A DNA stretch of 64,000 nt, taken from Mobula hypostoma (lineage: Eukaryota). Shown one piece after another: positions 24,975-38,216 of the stretch. The notes under the pieces are model-generated. The model saw only the letters and a program-made list of their open reading frames with translations, had not been told where the DNA came from and searched no databases. The position numbers were made by a program, and so were the translations under genes. Where the stretch lies: contig NC_086108.1 of assembly GCF_963921235.1 (NCBI RefSeq), positions 117,988,001 to 118,052,000 of the forward strand, given 5' to 3'. Positions within the stretch are counted from its first letter, which is position 1, and each line of letters starts with the position of its first letter.

Positions 24975-25295
24975 ATGGCTGGAAATTTTGATGGAAAGTT
25001 AAGTATGGAAGAGATTTTGGCAAGAAATAAAAGGAAAATGAGTTGGGGTGGGGGTAAGTACAGGATCGGATGAGGAGGGTCACCCGGTGAATGGCATTAG
25101 GACTGGGGTAGAAGATAATGTTGACTTCAAATATATGATTACTTTCATATCTAATTGTGATAAACATCTTCAACCAGTTAGATTGATAAAGGCTATTCAG
25201 AAAGATATTGGTAAAGTCAGGAATATGTGTTAGCAAAGGCAGGATGTTGATTACATGTGCTGAATTATAACAACAAAGGACGTTGATGGCAATCA
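24975..25295 (+). mobile_element. Possible relic of an I/Nimb-type LINE ORF1 (gag-like)
   Basis: LQPVRLIKAIQKDIGKVRN followed, after a frameshift, by LAKGRMLITC resembles the N-terminus of I-group ORF1 proteins. Recognised from memory only. Confidence 0.35.
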
Positions 25296-25309
25296 TATAC
25301 AGGCGGAGG

Positions 25310-28300
25310 ATAAATGAGGTGGAGGATAAATGCGTGGCTGAGGGATTGGAGCAGGGGGCAGGGATTCAAGTTTTTGGATCATTGGGACCTCTTTTGGCGC
25401 AGGTGTGACCTGCACAAAAAGGATGGGTTACACTTGAATCCTAGGGGGACCAATATCCTGGCAGGGAGATTAGCGAGGGCTACTGAGGTGACTTTAAACT
25501 AGAATGGTTGGGGGGTGGGAATCAAATTAAGAAGACTAGGAGAGAGGAGGTTAGTTCACAACAGGGGGATGGGAACAAGTGCAGAGAGACAGAGGGGTGT
25601 AAACTGAGGGTAGAAGCAAAAAGTAGTCAGGTGAAAAGTAAAAGTGGCAGGCCGGCAAATCCAGGGCAAAAATCAAAAAGGGCCACTTTTCAACATAATT
25701 GTATAAGGGCTAAGAGTGTTGTAAAAGCGAGCCTGAAGGCTTTGTGTGTCAATGCAAGGAGCATTCGTAACAAGGTGGATGAATTAAAAGTGCAGATTGT
25801 TATTAATGAATATGATATAGTTGGGATCACAGAGACATGGCTCCAGAGTGACCAAGGATGGGAGCTCAACACTCAGGGATATTTAATATTCAGGAGGGAT
25901 AGACATGAAGGAAAAGGAGGTGGGGTAGCGTTGCTGTTTAGAGAGGAGATTAACGCAATAGAAAGGAAGGACATTAGCCGGGGGGATGTGGGATCGATAT
26001 GGATAGAGCTGCATAACACTAAGGGGCAGAAAATGCTGGTGGGAGTTGTGTACAGGCCACCTAACAGTAATAGTGAGGTTGGGGATGGTATTAAACAGGA
26101 AATTAGAAATGCGTGCAATAAAGGAATAGCAGTTATAATGGGTGACTTCAATCTACATATAGATTGGGTGAACCAAATTGGTAAGGGTGCTGAGAAAGAG
26201 GATTTCTTGGAATGTATGCGGGATGGTTTTTTGAACCAACATGTCGAGGAACCAACTAGAGAGCAGGCTATTCTAGACTGGGTATTGAGCAATGAGGAAG
26301 GGTTAATTAGCAATCTTGTGGTGAGAGGCCCCTTGGGTAAGAGTGACTATAATATGGCGGAATTCTTCATTAAGATGGAGAGTGACATAGTTAATTCAGA
26401 AACAAAGGTTCTGAACTTAAAGAAGGGTAACTTTGAAGTTATGAGACATGAATTAGATAAGATAGTCTGGCAAATGACACAAAGGATTGACAGTGGATAT
26501 GCAATGGCAAGCATTTAAAGATCACATGGATGAACTACAACAATTGTTTATCCCAGTTTGGCAAAAGAATAAATCAAGGAAGGTAGTGCACCCGTGGCTG
26601 ACAACGGAAATTAGGGATAGTATCAATTCCAAAGAAGAAGCATACAAATTAGCCAGAAAAAGTGGAACACCTGAGGACTGGGAGAAATTCAGAGTCCAGC
26701 AGAGGAGGACAAAGGGCTTACTTAGGAAAGGGAAAAGAGATTATGAGAGAAAACTGGCAGGGAACATAAAAACTGACTGTAAAAGCTTTTATAGATATGT
26801 GAAAAAAAAGACTGGTTAAGACAAATATAGGTCCCCTACAGACAGAAACCGGTGAATTGATTATGGGGAGCAAGGACATGGCAGACCAATTGAATAACTA
26901 CTTTGGTACTGTCTTCACTAAAGAGGACATAAGTAATCTTCCGGAAATAGTAGGGGACAGAGGGTCCAGTGCGATGGAGGAACTGAAGGAAATACATGTT
27001 ATTAGGGAAGTGGTGTTAGGTAAATTGAAGGGATTAAAGGCAGATATATCCCCAGGGCCAGATGGTCTGCATTCCAGAGTGCTTAAGGAAGTAGCCCAAG
27101 AAATAGTGGATGCATTAGTGATAATTTTTCAAAACTCTTTAGATTCTGGACTAGTTCCTGAGGATTGGAGGGTGGCTAATGTAACCCCGCTTTTTAAAAA
27201 AGGAAGGAGAGGGAAACCAGGGAATTATAGACCGGTTAGTCAAACATCAGCGGTGGGGAAAATACTAGAGTCTGTTATCAAAGATGTGATAACAGCACAT
27301 TTGGAAAGCGGTGAAATCATCGGACAAAGTCAGCATAGATTTGTGAAAGGAAAATCATGTCTGATGAATCTCATAGAATTTTTTGAGGATGTAACTAGTA
27401 GAGTGGATAGGGGACAACCAGTGGATGTAATATATTTGGATTTTCAAAAGGCTTTTGACAAGGTCTCACACAGGAGATTAGTGTGCAAACTTAAAGGCAC
27501 ACGGTATTGGGGCTAAGGTATTGATGTGGATCGAGAATTGGTTGGCAGACAGGAAGCAAAGAGTGGGAATAAACGGAACCCTTTCAGAATGGCAGGCAGT
27601 GACTAGTGGGGTACCACAAGGCTCAGTTCTGGAACCCCAGTTGTTTAATATATATATTAATTACTTAGATGAGGGAATTAAATGCAGCATCTCCAAGTTT
27701 GTGGATGACACGAAGCTGGGTGGCAGTGTTAGCTGTGAGGAGGATGCTAAGAGGATGCAGAGTGACTTGGATAGGTTAGGTGAGTGATAAGTTCATGGCA
27801 GATGCAATTTAATGTGGATAAATGCAAGGTTATCCACTTTGGTGGCAAAAACTAGAAAACAGATTATTATCTGAATGGTGGCCGATTAGGAAAAGGGGAG
27901 GTGCAACAAGACCTGGGTGTCATTATACACCAGTCATTGAAAGTGGGCATGCAGGTACAGCAGGTGGTGAAAAAGGCGAATGGTATGCTGGCATTCATAG
28001 CAAGAGGATTTGAGTACAGGAGCAGGGAGGTACTACTGCAGTTGTACAAGGCCTTGGTGAGACCACACCTGGAGTATTGTGTGTAGTTTTGGTCCCCGAA
28101 TCTGAGGAAAGACATTCTTACCATAGAGGGAGTACAAAGAAGGTTCACTAGATTGATTCCTGCGATGGCAGGACTTTCATATGATGAAAGACTGGATCAA
28201 CTGGGGTTATACTCATTAGAATTTAGAAGGTTGAGGGGGGGATCTTATTGAAACGTATAAAATCCTAAAGGGATTGGACAGGCTAGATGCAGGAAGATTG

Positions 28301-28630
28301 TCCCTAATGTTGGGGAAGTCCAGAACGAGAGGTCACAGTTTGAAGATAAAGGGGAAGCCTTTTAGGACCGAGATGAGGAAAAACTTCTTCACACAGAGAG
28401 TGGTGAATCTGTGGAATTCTCTGCCACAGGAAACAGTTGAGGCCAGTTCATTGGCTATATTTAAGAGGGAGTTAGATATGGCCCTTGTGGCTAAAGGGAT
28501 CAGGGGGTATGGAGGGATGGCTGGTACAGGGTTCTGAGTTGGATGATCAGCCATGATCATACTGAATGGCGGTGCAGGCTCGAAGGGCTGAATGGCCTAC
28601 TCCTGCACCTACTTTCTATGTTTCTATGTT
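25310..28630 (+). mobile_element. CR1 LINE family A (ORF1 3' end plus frameshifted ORF2)
   Basis: The esterase end DGLHLNPRG...EVTLN* is followed by ORF2 pieces 25508..28537, collinear with the intact copy at 43640..46672. Confidence 0.95.
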
Positions 28631-28643
28631 TTTGTGTTTCTAT

Positions 28644-29890
28644 CCACATGAGATTCCACCTTCAGGGAACTATGCACCATTATTCCTAGATCCCTCTGTT
28701 CTACTGCATTCTTCAATGCCCTACCATTTACCATGTATGTCCTATTTTGATTAGTCCTACCTAAATGTAGCACCTCACATTTATCAGCATTAAACTCCAT
28801 CTGCCATCTTTCAGCCCACACTTCTAAGTGGTCTAAATCTCTCTGCAGGCTTTGAAAAAGGAGGAGAAGATGGCGACACGACGCAGCGCGCGCGGCCTCT
28901 CCGGTGAATGTTATCAGTATCTGTCAAGTAGGATGCCGTGCACAATCCTGATTCAATGGAGAACAGATGAGAGAAGCACAGAGGAATATCTGGAGAAACT
29001 TCTGAAATGCTCGCTTCGATGCCGCTTCTGCTGTGCGATCGAGAATCTCCGGACAGGAAGGCCCCGAATCCTCGGCCTTGCCTGTTGCTGGCGGCCAGGG
29101 TCAGGGTTAGAGCACTCAGCAGAGATGGTGCTCGGTGTCGGAGGGCTGGACGAAGGCTCGAAGTTTTCGGACGGACTCAAGAGTCGGCTGTTGTCGGGTG
29201 CTTCCAGGGTGCTGCGTCGGCAAGTTTGCGGCGCTGGAGGTTCATGGCAGGGAGAGTTTTCTTCCTACTTCTACTGTCTGCATGAGATGATGGGACTTTC
29301 GAGACTTTGAGACTTTTTTTTTTACCGTGCCCATAGTCTGTTCTTTATCAAATTACGGTATTGCTTTGCGCTGCTGTAACTATGTTATAATTATGTTGTT
29401 TTTGTCAGTTTTTTCTGTCTCGGTCTGTCTTGTGTTTCTGTGATATCTACTGGAGGGACATTGTATCATTTCTTAATGCATGCATTACTAAATGACAATA
29501 AACGAGGACTGCGTGTCCTCATAATCTAATTATCCACAACTCCACCTATCTTAGTATCATCTGCATACTTACTAATCCAATTTACAACCCCCTAATACAG
29601 ATCATTAATATATATGATAAACAACATTGGACCCAGTACAGATCCCTGAGACACACCACTAGACACCGTCCTCCAATCTGACACACAGTTATCCACCACT
29701 ACTCTCTGGCGTCTCCCATCCAGCCACTGCTGGATCCATTTTACTACTTCGATATTAATACCTAACGACTGAACCTTCCAAACTAACCTTCCGCGTGGAA
29801 CCTTGTCAATGGCCTTTCTGAAGTCCATATAGACAATATCCACTGCTTTAACCTCGTCAACTTTCCCAGTAACCTCATCAAAAAATTCCA
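28644..29890 (-). mobile_element. CR1 RT fragment hosting the second 680-bp retroposon
   Basis: ORFs 28624..28821 and 29592..29930 contain YMDFRKAIDKV and GVSQGSVLGP. Confidence 0.85.
28861..29530 (+). mobile_element. ~680-bp non-coding non-LTR retroposon, copy 2
   Basis: GAGGAGAAGATGGCG...aaatgacaataaacgaggactgcgtgtcctcataatctaat, collinear end to end with 8717-9399. Confidence 0.8.
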
Positions 29891-30002
29891 GTACACAAGT
29901 GTGGGAGAACAAAATAATTCTTAAGGACAAAACTGCTGTTTACAGATGAATATGAAACCGCAGGGTTTGGGAAGCTATGGTGATGAGGCAGAGATTCAAT
30001 AT

Positions 30003-30330
30003 CATAGAAACAGAAAACATACAGCACAATACAGACCCTTCAGCCCACAAAGCTGTGCCGAACATGTCCTTACTATAGAAATGACCTAGGGATACCCATA
30101 GCCCTCTACTTTTTTAAACTCCATGTTACCTATCTAGGAGTCTCTTAAAAGACCCTATCCTATCTCACTCCACCACTGTTGCCGGCAGCCTATTCCATGC
30201 ACTCACCACTCTCTGCGTCAAAAAAAAATATTACCTCTGACATCTCCTCTGTACCTACTTCCAAGCACCTTAAAACTGTGCCCTCTCGTGTTAGCCATTT
30301 CAGCCCTGGGAAAAAGCCTCCCACTACCCA
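30003..30330 (-). mobile_element. CR1 3' end fragment
   Basis: RLFPRAEMANTRGHSFKVLG plus tail. Same family as 10874-11650. Confidence 0.85.
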
Positions 30331-31070
30331 CATGATATTTATCTATCCACATGATATATCTATCGTATTTTCCTCCACAACCACACCTGGTAGCACAGTC
30401 TGTGGGGGAGAAAATAGACTTTCTCCACATGGTTCCTTTGAATCGTCCATTTTCAGAATACAGGCATGCTCTCTAGTTTTAGACATTTTAACTTTGGGGG
30501 AAAGAAACTGGCTATCTATCTATGCCTTGCATAATCTTTAAACTTCTGTCAGGTTTCTTCAGTTTCTGCCGCTCAAGGTAAAAGAACCCAAGTTTGTCCA
30601 ACGCACATGCCCTCTAATTCAGGCAGCATAGTGGTAAACTGCTGCGCCTTCGCAAAACCTCGAGATCCTTCCTTTAGTGGGGTGAACAGAACTGAATGCA
30701 ATACTCTAGATGTGGACTAACTAGAGCTTTATAAAGCTGCAACATAACTTTCTGACTTTTGAAGTTAGTGCTTCAACTAATAAGGCATACCATGGCCTTC
30801 TCTGCAATCCTATCAACTTGTACAGCCACTTTGAGGGTGCTATGGACTTGGACTCCAAGATCTCTCTGTACATTAATGCTGTTAAGGATCCTTCACTAAG
30901 TGCATACCGCCTTTTTACATTTCATCTCCCAAAGTGCAACACCTCACACTAGATTAAAATCCATCTGCCATTTCTCTGCTCATACTTGCAACTGACTGTC
31001 CAGTATCCCAGTCTATCATTTGGCAATCTACTGCACTATCTACAATGCTGCCAATCTTTGTATTGTATCT

Positions 31071-33716
31071 GGGAGGGAGGCAAAGGAGGTGAGGGCATGG
31101 CACTTGATCAGAGATAGTGTCACGGCTGCAGAAAAGGAGGAAGTCATGGAGGGATTGTCTACGGAGTCTCTGTGGGTGGAAGTTAGAAACAGGGTCAATA
31201 ACTCTACTAAGTGTTTCGCATAGACCACCCAATTGTAACAGGGACATCAAGGAGCAGATAGGGAAACAGATTCTGGAAAGGTATAATAATAACAGGGTTG
31301 TTGTGGTGGGAGATTTTAATTTTTAAAGTATTGATTGGCATCTCCTTAGAGTGAGGGGTTGAGATGAGGTGAAGATTGTTAGGTGTGTTCAGGAAGGTTT
31401 CTTGACACAATATGTAGATAAGCCTACAAGAGGAGAGGCTGTACTTGATCTGGTATTGGGAAATGAACCTGGTCAGGTGTCAGATCTCTCAGTGGGAGAG
31501 CATTTTGGAGATAGTGATCACAATTCTATCACCTTTACCATAGAATTGGAGAGTAATAGGAACAGACAAGTTAGGGAAACGTTTAACTGGAGTGAGGGGA
31601 AATATGAGGAACTTGGAAGAATAAGTTGGAAACAGATGTTCTCAGGGAAATGTATGGAAGAAATGTGGCAAATGTTCAGGGGATATTTGCGTGGGGTTCT
31701 GAGTAGGTACGTTCCAATGAGACGTGGAAAGGATGGCAGGTGTACAAAGGCTGTAGTAAATCTAGTCAAGAAGAAGAAAAGAGCTTACAAAAGGTTTAAA
31801 AAACTAGGTAATGATAGGAATCTAGAAGATTATAAGGCTAGCAGGAAGGGGCTCAAGAATGAAATGAGGAGAGCCAGAAGGGGGCATGAGAAGGCCTTTG
31901 CAGACAGGATTAAGGAAAACACCAAGGCATTCTACAAGTATGTGAAGAGCACGAAGATAAGACATGAGAGAATAGGACCAATCAAGTGTGACAGTGGAAA
32001 AGTGTGTATGGTACCGGAGGAAATAGCGGAGGTACTTAATAAATACTTTGCTTCAGTATTCACTACGGAAAAGGTTCTTGGCGATTGTAAAGATGACTTG
32101 CAGTAGACTGAAAAGCTTGAGCATGTAGATATTAAGGAAGAGGATGTGCTGGAGCTTTTGGAAAGCATCAAGTTCGATAAGTCACCAAGACTGGACGGGA
32201 TGTGCCCCAGGCTACTGTGTGAAGCAAGGGAAGAGATTGCTGAGCCTCTGGCGATGATCTTTGCATCATCAATGAGGATGGGAGGATTGGAAGGTGCGGA
32301 TGTTGTTCCCTTATTCAAGAAAGGGAGTAGGGATAGCCCAGAAAATTATAGCCCTGTGATTCTAAATTCAGTGGTTGGTAAGTTGATGGAGAAGATTCTG
32401 AGAGGCAGGATTTATGAATATTTGGAGAGGCGTAATATGATTTGGAATAGTCAGCATGGCTTTGTCAAAGGTAGGTTGTACTTTACGAGCCTGATTGAAT
32501 TTTTTGAGTATGTGACTAAACACATTGATGAAGGTAGAGCCATAGTTGTAGTGATTTTAGCAAGTCATTTGACAAGGTACCCCATGCAAGGCTTACTGAG
32601 AAATTAAGGAGGCATGGGATCCAAGGGGACATTGCTTTATGACTCCAGAACTGGCTTGCCCACAGAAGGCAAAGAATGTTTGTAGACGGATTATATTCTG
32701 CATGGAGGCCGATGACCAGTGGTGTGCCTCAGGGATCTGTTCTGGGAGCCCTATTCTTTGTGATTTCTATAAATAACCTGGACGAGGAAATGGAGGGATG
32801 CGTTAGTAAATTTGTTGATGACACAAAGGTTGGGGGTATTGGGGATAGTGTGGAGGTCTGTCAGAGGTTACAACGGGACATTGATAGGATGCAAAACTGG
32901 GCTGAGAAGTGGCAGATGGAGTTTAACCCAGAAAAGTGTGAGGTGGTTCATTTTGGTAGGTTAAATATGATGGCAGAATATAGCACCAATGGTAAGGCTC
33001 TTGGCAGTATGGAGGACCAGAGGGATCTTGGGGTCTGAGTCCATAGGACAGTCAAAGCTGCTACGCAGGATGACTTGATGGTTAATAAGGCATACAGTGC
33101 ATGGGCCTTCATCAGTTGTGGGATTGAATTTAAGAGCCGAGAGGTAATGTTGCGGCTATGTAGGACCCTGGTCAGACCTCACTTGGAGTACTGTGCTCAA
33201 TTCTGATCGCCTCACTACAGGAAGGATGTGGAAACCATAGAAAGGGTGCAGCGGAGATGTACAAGGATGTTGCCTGGATTGGGGAGCATGCTTTATGAGG
33301 ATAGGTTGAGTGAACTCGGCCTTTCCTCCTTGGAGTGACAGAGGATGAGAGGTGACCTGATAGAGGTGTTCAAGATAATGAGAGGCATTGATCGTGTGGA
33401 TAGTCAGAGGCTTTATTCCTGGGCTGAAATGGCTAGCACGAGAGGGCATATTTTAAGGCGCTTGGAAGCAGATACAGAGGAGACGTCGGGTAAGTTTATT
33501 ACGCAGAGAGTGGTGAGTGCATGGAATGGGCTGCTGGCGACGGTGGTGGAGGCGGAAACGATGGGGCGTTTTAAGAGACTCCTGGATGGCTACATGGAGC
33601 TTAGAAAAATAGAGGGCTGTGGGTAAAGCCTTGGTAGTTCTAAGGTAGGGACATGTTGGGCACAGCTTTGTGGGCCGAAGGGCCTGTATTGTGCTGTAGG
33701 TTTTCTATGTTTCTAT
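31071..33716 (+). mobile_element. 5'-truncated CR1 LINE, mutated ORF2
   Basis: ORFs 31369..32106, 32146..32607, 32676..33038 and 33345..33626, with tail ttttctatgtttctat. Confidence 0.93.
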
Positions 33717-34223
33717 CATCTACAAGCTTACTAACCCATCCATCTACATTTTCATCCTGGTCATTTATATACACTCAGTGGCCACTTTATTAGGTACAAC
33801 TTGAAACCTGATGTGGTCTTCCGCTGTAGTCCATCCACTTCAAGGTTCAATGTGCTGTGCATTCAGAGATGCTCTTCTACACACCACCGTTGTTACACAT
33901 GGTTATTTGAGTTACTGCCACCTGTCAGCTTGATCCAGTCTGGCTATTCTCCTCTGAGCTCTCTCATGAACAAGGCATTTTCACCCACAAAGCTACTGCT
34001 TTTTGCTTTTTGCTTTACACACCATTTCGTGTAAACTTCAGAGACCAATGTGTGTGAAGATCCTAGAAGATCAGCAGTTTCTAAAGATACTAAAGCCACC
34101 CAGTCTGGCAGCAACATTCCACAGTCAACACAAGGAAATCTGCAGATGCTGGAATTTCAAGCAACACACATAAAAGTTGCTGTTGAACGCAGCAGGCTGG
34201 GCAGCATCTCTAGGAAGAGGTAC

Positions 34224-34259
34224 AGTCGACATTTCGAGCCGTGACCCTTCGTCAGGACT
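34224..34259 (-). ncRNA. Minimal type I hammerhead ribozyme motif of the Penelope-like element (probably mutated)
   Basis: Minus strand AGUC-CUGACGA-A-GGGUCACGGCUC-GAAA-UGUC-GACU: catalytic boxes CUGANGA and GAAA, stem I AGUC/GACU, stem II hairpin and GUC cleavage triplet. Confidence 0.7.
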
Positions 34260-34765
34260 AACTGAAAGAAGAGCTAATAAGAGATTTGAAAGTGGGTGGG
34301 GGAGGGGGAGTTCCGAAATGATAGGAGAAGACAGGAGAGGGAGGGATGGAGCCAAGAGCTGGACAGTTGATTGGCAAAAGGGATATGAGAGGATGATGGG
34401 ACAGGAGGCATAGGGAGAAAAAAAGGGGGAGGGGGAGGAAGCCCAGAGGATGGGCAAGGTGTATAGTGAGAGGGACAGAGGGACAAAAAGGAGAGAGAGA
34501 AAAAGAATGCATGTATATTAATAAATACACGGGTGGGTTATGAGGGGGAGGGGGAGGTGGGGAATTAACAGAAGATTGAGAAGTCAATGTTCATGCAGAT
34601 GTGCGTGAAATGGGGGAGATGCGTTTGAGAGCAGAGTTGATGGTGGAGGAAGGGAAACCCCTTTCTTTTAAAAAGGACACCTCCTTCGTCCTGGAATGAA
34701 AAGCCTCATCCTGAGAGCAGATGCGACGGAGACGGAGGAATTGCGAGAAAGGGATGGCATTTTTA

Positions 34766-37700
34766 ACATAGAACATAAAATAGTACAGCACAGTACAGGC
34801 CCTTCGGCCCACAATGTTGTGCCGACCCTCAAACCCTGCCTCCCATATAAGCCCCCACCTTCAATTCCTCCATATACCTGTCTAGTAGTCTCTTAAACTT
34901 CACTAGTGCATCTGCCTCCACCACTGACTCAGGCAGTGCATTCCACGCACCAACCACTCTCTGAGTGAAAAACCTTCCTCTAATATCCCCCTTGAACTTC
35001 CCACCCCTTACCTTAAAGCCATGTCCTCTTGTATTGATCAGTAGTGCCCTGGGAAAGAGGCGCTGGCTATCCACTCTATCTATTCCTCTTATTATCTTGT
35101 ACACCTCTGTCATGTCTCCTCTCACCCTCCTTCTCTCCAAAGAGTAAAGCCCTAGCTCCCTTAATCTCTCATCATAATGCATACTTTCTAAACCAGGCAG
35201 CATCCTGGTAAATCTCCTCTGTACCCTTTCCAATGCTTCCACATCCTTCCTAGAGTGAGGTGACCAGAACTGGACACAGTACTCCAAGTGTGGCCTAACC
35301 AGAGTTTTATAGAGCTGCATCATTACGTTGCGACTCTTAAACTCTATCCCTCGACTTATGAAAGCTAACACCCCATAAGCTTTCTGAACTACCCTATCCA
35401 CCTGTGAGGCAACTTTCAGGGATCTGTGGACATGTACCCCGAGATCCCTCTGCTCCTCCACACTACCATGTATCCTGCCATTTACTTTGTACTCCGCCTT
35501 GGAGTTTGTCCTTCCAAAGTGTACCACCTCACACTTCTCCGGGTTGAACTCCATCTGCCACTTCTCAGCCCACTCCTGCATCCTATCAATGTCTCTCTGC
35601 AACCTTCGACAATCCTCTACACTATCTATAACACCACCAACCTTTGTGTCGTCTGCAAACTTGCCAACCCACCCTTCTACCCCCACATCCAGGTCATTAA
35701 TAAAAATCACGAAAAGTAGATGTCCCAGAACAGATCCCTGTGGGACATCAATAGTCACAATCCTCCAGTCTGAATGTACTCCCTCCACCACCACCCTCTG
35801 CCTTCCGCAGGCAAGCCAATTCTGAATCCACCTGGCCAAACTTCCCTGGATCCCATGCCTTCTAACTTTCTGAATAAGCCTACCATGTGGACCCTTGTCA
35901 AATGCCTTACTAAAATCCATATAGATCACATCCACTGCACTACCCTCATCTATATGCCTGGTCACCTCCTCAAAGAACTCTATCAGGCTTGTTAGACATG
36001 ATCTGCTCTTCACAAAGCCATGCTGACTGTCCCTGATCAAACCATGATTCTCTAAATGCCTATAGATCCTATCTCTAAGAATCTTTTCTAACAGCTTTCC
36101 CACCACAGACGTAAGGCTCACTTGTCTATAATTACCCGGACTATCCCCACTACCTTTTTTGAACAAGGGAACTACATTCGCCTCCCTCCAATCTCCGGTA
36201 CCATTCCTGTGGACAACGAGGACATAAAGATCCTAGCCAGAGTCTCAGCAATCTCCTCTCTCGCCTTGTGGAGCAGCCTGGGGAATAGTCCGTCAGGCCC
36301 CGGGGACTTATCTGTCCTAATGTATTTTAACAACTCCAACACCTCCTCTCCCTTAATATCAACATGCTCCAGAACATCAACCTCACTCATATTGTCCTCA
36401 CCATCATCAAGTTCCCTCTAATTGGTGAATACCGAAGAGAAGTATTCATTGAGGACCTCGCTCACTTCCACAGCCTCCAGGCACATCCTCCCACCTTTAT
36501 CTCTAATCGGTCCTACCTTCACTCTTGTCATCCTTTTTTTCTTCACATAATTGAAGAATGCCTTGGGGTTTTCCTTTACCCTACTCGCCAAGGCCTTCTC
36601 ATGCCCCCTTCTTGCTCTTCTCAGCCCCTTCTTAAGCTCCTTTCTTGCTTCCCTATATTCCTCAATAGACCCATCTGATCCTTGCTTCCTAAACCTCATG
36701 TATGCTGCCTTCTTCCACCTGACTAGATTTTCAACCTCACTTGTCACCCATGGTTCCTTTACCCTACCATTCTTTATCTTCCTCACTGGGACAAATTTAT
36801 CCCTAACATCCTGCAAGAGATCTCGAAATATCGACCACATGTCCATAGTACATTTCCCTGCAAAAACATCATCCCAATTCACACCCGCAAGTTCTAACCT
36901 TATAGCCTCATAATCTGCCTTTCCCCAATGAAAAATTTTCCTGTCCTCTCTGTTTTTGTCCTTTTCCAGGATAATGCTAAAGGCCAGGGAACGGTGGTCA
37001 CCGTCCCCCAGATGCTCACCCACTGAGAGATCTGTGACCTGACCCGGTTCATTACCTACTACTAGATCTAGTATGGCATTCCCCCTGGTCGGCCTGTCCA
37101 CATACTGTGACAGGAATCCGTCCTGGACACACTTAACAAACTCTGCCCCATCTAAACCCTTGGATCTAATCAGGTGCCAATCAATATTAGGGAAGTTAAA
37201 GTCACCCATGATAACAACCCTGTTATTTTTGCACCTTTCCAAAATCTGCCTCCCAATCTGCTCCTCTGTATCTCTGCTGCTACCAGGGGGCCTATAGAAT
37301 ACCCCCAGTAGAGTAACTGCTCCCTTCCTGTTCCTGACTTCCACCCATACTGTCTCAAAAGAGTATCCTGCTACATTTCCCACCCTTTCTGTAGCTGTAA
37401 TAGTATCCCTGACCAGTAATGCCACCCCTCCTCCCCTTTTTCCGCCCTCTCTATCCCTTTTAAAGCACTGAAATCCAGGAATATTGAGAATCCATTCCTG
37501 CCCTGGTGCCAGCCAAGTCTCTATAATGGCCACTACATCATAATTCCATGTATGTATCCAAGCTGTCAGTTCATCACCTTTGTTCCTGATGCTTCTTGCA
37601 TTGAGGTACACACATTTCAGCCCTTCTACCTTACTGTCTTTACACCGTTTATTCTGCTTCTCTTTCCTCAAAGCCTCTCTGTATGTTAGATCTGGCTTTA

Positions 37701-38216
37701 CTCCATGCACTTCTTTCACTGCTCTATCGCTCTGGGTCCCATCCCCCTTGCAAATTAGTTTAAACCCTCCCGAACCATGCTAGCAAACCTACCTGCAAGG
37801 ATATTGCTCCCCTTGAGTTCAGGTGCAACCCATCCAATCTGTACAGGTCCCACCTTCCCCAGAATAGATCCCAATGATCTAAAAATCTAAATCCCTGCTC
37901 CTTGCACCAACTCCTCAGCCACGCATTCAACTGCCATCTCCTTCAATTCTTACCATCTCTGTCACGTAGCACTGGCAGAAATCCTGAGAACGCCACCCTT
38001 GAGGTCCTGTTCTTCAGCCTTCTGCCTAGTTCCCGAAACTCACACTTCAGGACCTCATCCTTCTTCCTGCCCATGTCGTTGGTCCCAACATGTATCACGA
38101 CTTCTGGTTGCTTTCCCTCTCGTACCAGGATGTCGTGCACCCGGTCATAGATATCTCGCACCCTGGCACCCGGGAGGCAACAAACCATGCGGGTGACCTT
38201 CTCACGTCCACAAAAT
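34766..38216 (-). mobile_element. CR1 LINE family B, 5'-truncated in ORF1
   Basis: ORFs 36418..37719, 36172..36390 and 34829..36166, and esterase piece 37943..38188. Highly similar to 14929-18975. Confidence 0.95.
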
